Origin: Okeania sp.
Lineage (GTDB): Bacteria; Cyanobacteriota; Cyanobacteriia; Cyanobacteriales; Microcoleaceae
Direction: 5' to 3'
Length of the DNA: 32,000 bases
NCBI RefSeq assembly: GCF_035285525.1
Contig: NZ_JAYKGW010000123.1
Location: 1 to 32,000 of the forward strand
The notes below the pieces were generated by a model. The model saw only the letters and a list, made by a program, of their open reading frames with translations. It was not told where the DNA came from and ran no database searches. Positions 17,881-26,400 of this stretch are shown in pieces. Each line of letters opens with the position of its first letter. Position 1 is the first letter of the stretch. Position numbers and translations under genes: made by a program.

Positions 17881-19701
17881 TTAAGTAATCGGTGTCGAAT
17901 CTAAGCGACGAATAGATACGAGAGAAGGTTTCGGAGGAGCATTAACTTTTTTAGTTGGCCAGTTAGAACCCATAGGGACTGTCCGATTTTGCATAAAATC
18001 TTGACCATCTATGTATGTATGGTTTTCATGGCCAAGCCACGGGTTTCTGAGGCCATATCCCGGCGGATACCATTACTCTCTCCTGGAAGTTGAATAGCCA
18101 CAAATAAAGTTTTCTGATCTTTAGTAAAAAACGGCCCACAAGTTTCGGTTTCGGCTGGTCCAATACCAAATAAATATGCTTGACCAGCATTAGGACCATA
18201 AGTAGGAATGTACCAGATGGAATTATGGCCAAATAAACGACAAAGTTCTTTCTGGTTCATTGGTTTCTTATCCTTACCCATTCGATTTTCAGGAACTGTT
18301 TTATTGTGTTTGCTGGTACTAATATCCGTCACCATCCAAAGATTGCCCTTGTCATCAAACTCCAGGTTGTCAGGATTAGAAAATCCGAGACCACCATTTG
18401 CTGGTTCTCCTCCTGTGGCAAACATCTTCCAGGTAAATGTCATAGCATCTGGGCGATCGCCATCCTCAACCAAACGCATAATCCAGCCATATTCATAAGC
18501 TTCACCATCTGAACCCTTAAATATGTGTTTGTCTGGACTACCATCAGACTTACCGGGATACCCAGAAGTAAAAGCAATAAATAGACTACCATCTTGAGCC
18601 ACCTGAGTATCTTCGGGACGGGCAGTACAAGTAACACCAGCAGCATTACCAGCTAAATGGGCATCTATTAAAATAGCCCCTTGCTTTTCTTCGGGATTTC
18701 CTGTGTATAAATCCCCCAAAGTTTTATATTTCTGCTTAAAAGCTTCTATTTCTTCATCTTTTGTAGCTGGGAAACTACCACCATCAGGTCTTTGGGGCAA
18801 ATTGACCATACCGTTAACATGGGCACTTGGTAAACCTGGATTAACAGGGGTGTCCTCTTTTAAAGGAATCCAACTACCCGTACCATCAGGATTAAATTTT
18901 GCACCATACATATAGTATTCCATTTGTCAAGAGTTGGGAATTAGATTTGTCTGTAGGGTCTTTGATAATATCTCGACTAACAAATTTGTAGACATGACCA
19001 CTGTGGCGATCGCATCCAGAATAAAAAGCTAGAGGTTGGTTAGCTTCTGCTCTGATGCCGACTGCTTCGTGACGATAACGACCCAACTAAGTATGTTTAC
19101 TACCATAGTCATCAGGATTAGCTGGCTCTACTTCTACTATCCAACCATATTTATTACCAGCTAAACCAAGGGTACTTCCTAAACCAGCTACTTTTTCGAT
19201 AGAAGACTTATCTTGGGCAGGATCAAAAGAAGTACCATCAGCATAAACTGCTTCTATTACATAAGCTTGAAAATTTTCTGACGCGCTCAAGACTGTTCCC
19301 CAAGGTGTAGTACCACCTGCGCAGTTAGAAAAACTACCAATAATGCGATCGCCTAGTTGATCATTATAACCTTGACCTGTTTTCTGGAATACTGGGACTG
19401 CTGGTCTTGTTGATTTTAAATAACGTTCATCTTCTAATCCAGAAATACCAGTGATACGGCGGTCAAATTTTGAGTTTGTTCTTATCCATTTGCCATCAGG
19501 TTCGCGACGAATGGAAATCACACCTATTCCCATATCGCTCATTGCTTCTTTGGGAGGTGAAAAACAGATTAAAGCTGGTTCTCGACAGAAAAAAATTAAT
19601 TTAATTAGTAGCATGAATTTGGAGTGGAAAGATTTGTACCTAGAAATAGTTGGAAATATAATTATTATGCTAGAGTACCAATTAATCCAGTTCATTTCCA
19701 C
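17881..19701 (-). pseudogene. phoX: PhoX-family (DUF839) alkaline phosphatase pseudogene
   Basis: PhoX hallmarks are spread over at least four frames or segments: NCAGGTTPWGTVLSASENF, (T*L)GRYRHEAVG, GAKFNPDGTGSWIPL, NPDNLEFDDKGNLWMVTD, LFVAIQLPGE, and C-terminal ..PMGSNWP..PKPSLVSIRRLDSTPIT*. There is an in-frame TAG at 19087-19089, plus frameshifts near 18900-18915 and 18055-18080. No signal peptide or N-terminal region is present. Confidence 0.85.
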
Positions 19702-19704
19702 CTT

Positions 19705-19997
19705 GTCATTGTGAATCGAGCATTAGCGTAATGAAGCAATTTTTTTCATCTCGTCATTGCCAATGGAGCGTCAGAGATTGCTTCGGGGGGTAAAAATGAC
19801 TAAGCTCAGACTTTAGGCTGTTTCCCACCCCCCTCGCAATGACATTTTCCCAAAAGTCATTGTGAATCGAGCATTAGCGTAATGAAGCAATCTTTTTCAT
19901 CTCGTCATTGCCAATGGAGGGTCAGAGATTGCTTCGGGGGGTAAAAATGACTAAGCTCAGACTTTAGGCTGTTTCCCACCCCACTCGCAATGACATT
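19705..19997. repeat. Two tandem copies of a ~151-bp element with nested inverted repeats
   Basis: GTCATTGTGAATCGAGCATTAGCGTAATGAAGCAAT... starts at 19705 and again at 19856. Each unit ends ..CTCGCAATGACAT, which is inverted relative to its start. Confidence 0.9.
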
Positions 19998-19999
19998 CT

Positions 20000-21736
20000 C
20001 TAAACAACTTTTAAACTATAAATTTTTTGTGATTCTAGGTTTTGCATCACTGTCGATAATTCGGTTATTTCCAAACTCTGACGTTCTAGTTTTACCTGTA
20101 AGGTAGTCATGGGATCGGAACCAGAAGCAATGAGAAATTCTAATTTGAATAAACCTTCCCATTGAGCTATCTGTGTTAATACTTTAGCGATCGCCTGCAA
20201 ATAAGGATGATGTGATTCCTTGTACCATTCAGATGTAGTTAATGTTGCTTGTTCTAAACCAAAATTAACAATTAAAGGTGCTTGAGCAAAAACTGCTGTT
20301 GCTACTGGTCTAGTTTCTTCCTGCAACAGAAAATCAGAGCCTTTGATTTTGATTAAACTGCGCAATTTTTCCAAATATTCATAACGCTGTTGAACTGGAG
20401 ATTTCCAAGTTTTCACCAATTCATCGGGAACCTTAGAATTATCTGCCAATTTTGCTGCTGTTTGAGTTTGATCCCAATTAATAGCAATTGTTACTAAATA
20501 ACTGCGTAATAAAATATGACCTAATTTTTGAGCTTTAGTTGCCAAATAAGCAGAATTATAATCTGTGGTTTCAATTAACAAAGGAACCCGATCTATTACC
20601 TCAATGCCATAACCATTTAAACCCGCTATTTTCCGGGGATTATTAGTAATTAAACGAATTTTTTTCACACCCAAATCATGTAATATTTGCGCTCCCACAC
20701 CATAGTTGCGTAAATCTGCTGGAAACCCTAATCTTTCATTTGCTTCCACAGTATCTAATCCCATATCCTGTAACGAATAAGCTTTCAGTTTATTAATCAG
20801 ACCTATTCCTCTACCCTCCTGTCGCAAATAGACAACCACTCCCGCACTTGCATATTCTATCATTTTCATGGCTGCTTGCAGTTGCATTCGACAGTCACAA
20901 CGAAGGGAACCAAAAGCATCTCCAGTCAAACATTCAGAGTGTACCCGCACCATTACATCTTTTTCGGGAAAATCTTCTGGGTTGCCTTTAACAATAGCTA
21001 TATGTTCAGAATTATTTTGATTATTGCGGTAGGCATAAATTTGGAAATCACCAAATTGGGAAGGTAACTTGGCGACAGCTTCCCGGTACACAAAGCGATC
21101 ATGTTTGAGGCGATAACTGATAATGTCGGCAATACTGATCAATTTCAGGTTATAGTTTCTGGCGTATTCCACTAATTCTGGTAATCTTGCCATCGAACCA
21201 TCTGGGTTTTGAATTTCACAAATAACCCCCGCTGGATATAAACCTGCTAACCTGGCTAAGTCAACGGCAGCTTCTGTATGACCAGCTCGTTTCAATACTC
21301 CTCCTTCTCTAGCGCGAATGGGGAATACATGACCAGGGCGACGTAAATCTTCCGGTTTAGTGGTAGGGTTAATAACTGCTTGGATGGTACGCGCTCGGTC
21401 TTCTGCGGAAATACCTGTGGAAACTCCTAATTCTGGAGAAGCATCAATACTGACAGTGAAAGCAGTTTGGTTACTGTCAGTGTTTTTAGTCACCATCAAT
21501 GGAATATCTAATTCGTCGAGGCGATCGCCTGTTAATGAGAGACAAATTAGACCTCTAGCTTCTACTGCCATAAAGTTAATCATGTCTGGAGTGGCAAATT
21601 GAGCGGCGCAAATGACATCTCCTTCGTTTTCTCGATGTTCGTCATCGACTACGACTATAGATTTACCTGCTTTAATGTCTGCTAGGGCAGCATCAATGGA
21701 GTCAAATTGAAATTCTTGGTTTTGTTGTTTATTCAC
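20000..21736 (-). CDS. ribBA: Bifunctional 3,4-dihydroxy-2-butanone-4-phosphate synthase / GTP cyclohydrolase II with a ~170-aa C-terminal extension
   Basis: RibB motifs are VVDDEHRENEGDVI, RPGHVFP and GVLKRAGHTEAAVDLARLAG. RibA motifs are VRVHSECLTGDAFGSLRCDC, YLRQEGRGIGLINK and LITNNPRK. Residues ~405-578 extend beyond the two catalytic domains. Confidence 0.93.
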   Translation of the reverse strand: MNKQQNQEFQFDSIDAALADIKAGKSIVVVDDEHRENEGDVICAAQFATPDMINFMAVEARGLICLSLTGDRLDELDIPLMVTKNTDSNQTAFTVSIDASPELGVSTGISAEDRARTIQAVINPTTKPEDLRRPGHVFPIRAREGGVLKRAGHTEAAVDLARLAGLYPAGVICEIQNPDGSMARLPELVEYARNYNLKLISIADIISYRLKHDRFVYREAVAKLPSQFGDFQIYAYRNNQNNSEHIAIVKGNPEDFPEKDVMVRVHSECLTGDAFGSLRCDCRMQLQAAMKMIEYASAGVVVYLRQEGRGIGLINKLKAYSLQDMGLDTVEANERLGFPADLRNYGVGAQILHDLGVKKIRLITNNPRKIAGLNGYGIEVIDRVPLLIETTDYNSAYLATKAQKLGHILLRSYLVTIAINWDQTQTAAKLADNSKVPDELVKTWKSPVQQRYEYLEKLRSLIKIKGSDFLLQEETRPVATAVFAQAPLIVNFGLEQATLTTSEWYKESHHPYLQAIAKVLTQIAQWEGLFKLEFLIASGSDPMTTLQVKLERQSLEITELSTVMQNLESQKIYSLKVV

Positions 21737-21773
21737 AAGTATATTTTCCTGGTCTTGTATTTTTTTTGTAGTC

Positions 21774-21862
21774 AGGACTTACGCATAAGCCATATATATA
21801 GTGGTTGTAACTATTGTACAATAGTTTTTTGAATCTATATATAGTATTTTGCCGTAAGTTCT
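21774..21862. mobile_element. 89-bp MITE related to the IS at 13478-14816
   Basis: The left end is AGGACTTACGCATAAGCCATATATATAG. The reverse complement of the right end is AGAACTTACGGCAAAATACTATATATAG. It shares the 12-mer AGGACTTACGCA and the ATATATAG box with the IS termini. Confidence 0.8.
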
Positions 21863-21918
21863 GATGCTCTCAAACAAGTAGTAATTTTGGGAGTTCCATT
21901 ACCAGAATTAGTGATTCC

Positions 21919-22006
21919 GTACTTAGGGAGAAACCATAAATATAGTTGTTAAAACTCTTGTACAATAGTTTTTTGAATCTATACATAGTATTTTGCCGTA
22001 AGTTCT
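21919..22006. repeat. Second, more degenerate copy of the 89-bp MITE
   Basis: The core ..CCATAAATATAGTTGTTAAAACTCTTGTACAATAGTTTTTTGAATCTATACATAGTATTTTGCCGTAAGTTCT aligns with 21790-21862. The left terminus is eroded (GTACTTAGGGAG). Confidence 0.7.
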
Positions 22007-22078
22007 GTGATTTTCAGCCTTTCAAAGGGGGGTAGGGGAGATTCCCTTCCTCCAAAGTATAAGCATTCAGTCAGACAT

Positions 22079-22180
22079 ACAGCAGATTGCATTTTGGTGA
22101 GGTACACCCACAGGAGCTTTCCAACTCGCACTGAGAGGACTTAATTCTTAAATCTGTACTTCTTCAGGACTAAAGCCACG
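22079..22180. repeat. Copy A of a ~100-120-nt two-copy repeat family (candidate structured RNA or MITE)
   Basis: ACAGCAGATTGCATTTTGGTGAGGTACACCCACAGGAGCTTTCCAACTCGCACTGAGAGGACTTAATTCTTAAATCTGTACTTCTT..GGACTAAAGCCACG aligns with 31738-31859. Confidence 0.8.
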
Positions 22181-22390
22181 GGAACCCAGAAACCCGGTAC
22201 GAGAGTAGATTCTTACTGCTGAAAACAAGGATTTCTCCTAGAAACCGGGTTTCTCCCGTGTAAGTCCTATTCTTATGCTTAGAATATGCTGCAACATTAA
22301 ACATTCTGTTGATTCTCTCTTCCCTGTTTCCTCTCTCCACTAAGAAATTAATTTGGCACGACTAATTATGTTAGAATACTTCAAGTATTT

Positions 22391-24481
22391 TTGCAAAAAT
22401 TTTTTCAGGGGATTATCTTGTCAACCAAAAAACTTAAACCAAAACATCCTTTTCTCCGCTTGCTTAAGTATGGAGGTCGTTATCAAACTCAAATTTGGCA
22501 AGCCATTATCTGTTCAATTTTAAATAAAATATTCGACCTCGCACCTCCAGTTTTAATCGGTGCAGCAGTAGATGTTGTTGTGGAAAAACAAAATTCTCTA
22601 ATTGCTAAATGGGGAATCAAAGAAATTTTTCAACAACTTTTAGTTTTAACATTTCTCAGTTTAATTGTCTGGGGATTAGAATCAATTTTTCAATATGCTT
22701 ATGAACGACTTTGGCGAAATTTAGCTCAGAATATTCAGCATGATTTACGGATAGAAACTTATGGTCATTTACAAGATTTAGAATTAGCCTATTTTGAAGA
22801 AAACAGTACAGGAAATTTAATGGCTATTTTGAATGATGATATTAATCAATTAGAAAGATTTTTAGATGTGGGAGCTAATGAAATAATTCAAGTTATAGTC
22901 ACTGTCATAATTATTGGCAGTGCTTTTTTTATTTTAGCTCCTAGTGTGGCTTGGTGGGCAGTATTACCCATGCCATTTATTATTTTCGGTTCAATTTGGT
23001 TTCAAAAATTTCTGGCTCCTCGTTATGCTGAAGTTCGAGAAACAGTTAGTTTATTAAGTGGGCAATTATCTAATAATCTCTCAGGAATTACTACTATAAA
23101 AAGTTTCACCGCCGAAAATTATGAAGTAGGAAGAATTACTAAGGAAAGTAATGCTTATAAAGTTAGTAATAGAAGAGCGATCACTTTTTCTGCTGCTTTT
23201 GTACCTCTGATTAGGATTCTCATTTTTATTGGTTTTATCGCAACTTTATTTTTAGGAGGATTACAAGCAGTTGCTGATAAATTAGCTGTCGGTACTTATA
23301 GTGTGATGGTATTTTTAACTCAACGATTATTATGGCCTCTAACTCGTTTAGGACAAACTCTTGATTTATATCAAAGAAGTATGGCTTCTACGAATCGAGT
23401 GATGAATTTATTGGATACTTCAATTACTATTCATCCTGGAGATAAACTTTTAGTTTTTCAGTCAGTTAAGGGAGATTTAGAATTAGAAAATGTTACTTTT
23501 GCCTATCAGGAAGATTTTCCAGTCGTAGAAAATATTTCCCTAAAAATTCCTGCTGGAAAAACTATTGGAATTGTTGGTTCTACAGGTTCAGGAAAGAGTA
23601 CAATTGTTAAATTATTACTGAGATTTTATGAAGTTCAATCTGGCAAAATAACTCTGGATGGAATAGAAATAAATCAAATTAATTTACAAGATTTACGCCG
23701 AGCAATAGGTTTAGTAAGTCAGGATGTATTTCTATTTCATGGAACAGTGGCAGAAAATATTAGTTATGGAACTTTTGATGCTAGTTTGTCAGAGATTATT
23801 GCAGCAGCTAAAATTGCGGAAGCCGATGATTTTATTAGTAAATTACCTCATGGTTATGATACTATCGTGGGGGAAAGAGGGCAGAAATTATCAGGGGGTC
23901 AAAGACAAAGAATTGCTCTTGCTAGAGCAGTGTTAAAAAATCCTCCTATTTTGATACTTGATGAAGCAACTTCAGCAGTGGATAATGAAACTGAAGCAGC
24001 TATTCAAAAATCTTTAGAAAAAATCACTAAAAATCGAACAACTATTGCTATTGCTCACCGTCTTTCAACTATCAGAAATGCTGATTGTATTTATGTAATG
24101 GAAAATGGAAAAATAGTAGAATCTGGTCTCCATGAAGAATTAATAGAACAATCAGGAATTTATGCTAATTTATGGCGAGTACAATCTGGTGTTAAGGAAG
24201 GAAAAAGGAAGAAGGAAGAAGGAAGAAGGAATGAAGAAGAAAGGAAGAAAAAAGAAATAACTATGGAGCTAGAAATTAAAGAGCAGAATCTAAATGAAGG
24301 AAGAAGGAATGAAGAAGTTAAAGAGCAGAATCCAGAAATTAAAGAGCAGAAGGCAGGAGTAAGAAGGCAGAAGGCAGGATTAAGAAGGCAGAAGGGAGAA
24401 GGTAAAGGGCAGAATGCAGCAGTAAGAAAGCGTAGGGCACAAGCAAGAAAGAAGAAGCAAGAAGGAAAAAGTGAAATATAA
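22391..24481 (+). CDS. ABC exporter, fused permease/ATPase (MsbA/MdlB-type), with a ~95-aa K/E/R-rich C-terminal tail
   Basis: It has a 6-TM exporter domain. NBD motifs are Walker A GSTGSGKST, signature LSGGQRQR and Walker B ILILDEATS. The start is uncertain: no ATG, with in-frame TTG codons at 22391 and 22418. The conserved core ends near ..YANLWRVQSG. Confidence 0.88.
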   Translation: MQKFFQGIILSTKKLKPKHPFLRLLKYGGRYQTQIWQAIICSILNKIFDLAPPVLIGAAVDVVVEKQNSLIAKWGIKEIFQQLLVLTFLSLIVWGLESIFQYAYERLWRNLAQNIQHDLRIETYGHLQDLELAYFEENSTGNLMAILNDDINQLERFLDVGANEIIQVIVTVIIIGSAFFILAPSVAWWAVLPMPFIIFGSIWFQKFLAPRYAEVRETVSLLSGQLSNNLSGITTIKSFTAENYEVGRITKESNAYKVSNRRAITFSAAFVPLIRILIFIGFIATLFLGGLQAVADKLAVGTYSVMVFLTQRLLWPLTRLGQTLDLYQRSMASTNRVMNLLDTSITIHPGDKLLVFQSVKGDLELENVTFAYQEDFPVVENISLKIPAGKTIGIVGSTGSGKSTIVKLLLRFYEVQSGKITLDGIEINQINLQDLRRAIGLVSQDVFLFHGTVAENISYGTFDASLSEIIAAAKIAEADDFISKLPHGYDTIVGERGQKLSGGQRQRIALARAVLKNPPILILDEATSAVDNETEAAIQKSLEKITKNRTTIAIAHRLSTIRNADCIYVMENGKIVESGLHEELIEQSGIYANLWRVQSGVKEGKRKKEEGRRNEEERKKKEITMELEIKEQNLNEGRRNEEVKEQNPEIKEQKAGVRRQKAGLRRQKGEGKGQNAAVRKRRAQARKKKQEGKSEI
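24194..24480 (+). repeat. ~290-nt polypurine (A/G) low-complexity tract forming the 3' end of the ABC exporter ORF
   Basis: A hand count finds about 46 pyrimidines in ~287 nt. Repeated GGAAGAA, AAAGAGCAGAA and AGAAGGCAG motifs occur throughout. Confidence 0.85.
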
Positions 24482-25199
24482 AAAAAAGGCGTTACTGAAG
24501 TAAGGTCTGAATAATTAATAATTAATAATTAATAATTAGGGTTTGCTGAAAAAGTATTTTAGTAGGGGGGAGGAGCCAGAATCAAGGAGTAATAAGAATT
24601 ATAGAAGAGGTATGCTAAAAGAATCATCAAAGTGATAGTTTACCCCTATCTTGCCTCGTAAGTATTCAGCTATTAGCTGTCAGCTCAAGCGCAATAAAAA
24701 CCTCAAGCTTAAGGAGACTACTGAAACGAATATAGACTTAATATCATGTCTGGTTGAATAATTAGACTTTGGTGAAAGGAATCCAGAATCCAGAAGCCAG
24801 AAGCCAGAAGCTTTTATGAGATTTCTATCTTTATTTTATACACGCTCCGATGCTACCGGACATCATATAAAAACTGACTTTTGTAGTAATTTTCGTTCTA
24901 AAATGAAAAAGCTTTGATCACAAACTAAAAGCACTTTTCTGATAGCTAATAGCTGACGGCTGAATGCGAGCGCATTCCGGAGGAAATGCTTACCTTGCCT
25001 CTTGCTCAAAATCCTGCAATGCATATTTTTCGGGAACCGTACTGAAATTAGTTAAAATCTGATACTTTATTAGTATCTGCAAAAGTTGAAACCAATGCCA
25101 GTAAAAACTTTAATAAATAATTCAGCCAACCCTAATTACCTCTTTTTCTCTATGAATGGAACTGAATGCTTACCAACTCTCTAACTTTAAATAAAAATT

Positions 25200-25643
25200 A
25201 TGATGGAATTTGATAATAAACCCTTAAAGAAAAATCAAAATAATTGGCAACATCAATTAGATAAATTTGTGAGAGCTAATCAAACAGAATTAGCTGCTTT
25301 AGCATGGGGGTTAAATTTAGAAAAAGGAGAAACTGATGAAACAATTGGAATTGATTTAAAAGGAACACCAAAATTTGTATATTGTTCAAAAGCAGCTATA
25401 GAAAAATTCAACCAAAATGTTGATGGTAAAATTCAAGAAATTTTAGGTTTAATAGATAGTTATCAACCAGAATTAGAAGTATTAATGATTGCTATTGGTG
25501 ATAGTCAAATTAAATTAGTTTACTTCCAACCAGAAATATCTCCACCTAATTCTTTTGAACAATTAAATCAGAATGTTGATGGTTTATTAGAAACATTAGA
25601 AACAAGATTGAACGCATCTATTTTCTTGAACTTAGTGGAGTAG
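25200..25643 (+). CDS. Hypothetical protein (147 aa)
   Basis: A clean ORF with normal composition and an internal duplicated motif (NQNVDGKIQE / NQNVDGLLET). A hairpin follows the stop codon. I do not recognise a family. Confidence 0.6.
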   Translation: MMEFDNKPLKKNQNNWQHQLDKFVRANQTELAALAWGLNLEKGETDETIGIDLKGTPKFVYCSKAAIEKFNQNVDGKIQEILGLIDSYQPELEVLMIAIGDSQIKLVYFQPEISPPNSFEQLNQNVDGLLETLETRLNASIFLNLVE

Positions 25644-25654
25644 GATAATAGTAG

Positions 25655-25673
25655 GGGCGAATACCATTCGCCC
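25655..25673 (+). terminator. Candidate intrinsic terminator hairpin after the 147-aa ORF
   Basis: GGGCGAAT-acc-ATTCGCCC lies 12 nt after the stop and is followed by TTATAAAGATTTTG. The same 18-mer occurs inverted at 13358-13375, so it may be a repeat module. Confidence 0.4.
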
Positions 25674-25967
25674 TTATAAAGATTTTGCATACAACATCCA
25701 TACGAGTGCATATCAATATTTACCAAAATACTTTTTTTCTATTGCCTATTGCCTCCATATCTATTGCCTAAAAGCGACAATTTTTTTGCTTTCTTAATGC
25801 ATTGATATTTACCAAAAAATGAGGTATAAAGCCTCCCCTTTTAAAGGGATGAAAAAATATTTAACACGGTTCCCGAGAAATCAGTATTTCAAGCCTTCGA
25901 GTTTAGTCTGAGGTTCACTCTCTACTGATAACTGAAATGACCCCTCCATAGAGAGAAGTAAAGAGAG

Positions 25968-26096
25968 TGCATCTCATATCTGCCAAAATACTTTTTTCTT
26001 CCATACATATTCTTTTGAAACCTGTTCCCTGTTCCCGCTTAAGTGTTCCCTAAAACGCTAAGTTTTGGGCTTTATTCATGCATTGAGATGCACCCA
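25968..26096. repeat. ~130-bp MITE-like element with 10-bp termini GTGCATCTCA / TGAGATGCAC
   Basis: The termini were read directly. A diverged relative at about 25704-25810 shares CCAAAATACTTTTTT(T)CT and ..TGCATTGA[T/G]AT. Confidence 0.65.
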
Positions 26097-26400
26097 GTAA
26101 AGATAATTAGGGCTTGCTGATTAAATATCACTCGCATTGACAGATAAATTCACTATTTTAGATAAAATATTCCACTAATGAACTTAGACTTTTCCCAAAA
26201 TTAAAAATAAAATCAATTTTTATCAATAGACATCTCCACAAATAGAAAACTCAATCAATTATCGGACAGAAATAATCTATTTTTTCCGCCTACTCCCTAC
26301 TTCCTACTCCCCACTCCCTGGTTCAAAAGATATAGACTTTACAAGTTATGGAGACTAGCTTACAATCAATAAAAACTTCAACTCCTTAATTTAATTAACT

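Noticed and set aside
18026-18915. Several 68-96-aa ORFs on both strands within the phoX region, plus 19451-19714.
   Set aside because: They are alternative-frame or antisense ORFs overlapping sequence that clearly encodes PhoX-homologous peptides.
19087-19089. In-frame TAG in phoX as programmed read-through or recoding.
   Set aside because: The gene also carries at least two frameshifts and lacks its N-terminus, so simple decay is the parsimonious explanation.
19560-19701. N-terminal ~50 residues of ORF 19087-19701 (MEMNWINWYSSIIIIF...) as the true PhoX N-terminus or signal peptide.
   Set aside because: The sequence is AT-rich and low-complexity, has no Tat or Sec signal features, and runs into the 151-bp repeat. 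It is most likely fortuitous ORF extension.
20876-21602. Plus-strand ORFs 20876-21067 and 21360-21602.
   Set aside because: They are antisense to the strongly supported ribBA gene.
22027-22050. GGGGGGTAGGGGAGATTCCC as part of an FMN (RFN) riboswitch for ribBA.
   Set aside because: It is on the wrong strand for ribBA. The other conserved RFN blocks (e.g. ACCGGCGGT, GGATG..AGAAG closing helix) are not present nearby on either strand.
23724-23936. 70-aa alternative-frame ORF.
   Set aside because: It lies inside the NBD-coding part of the ABC exporter gene in another frame.
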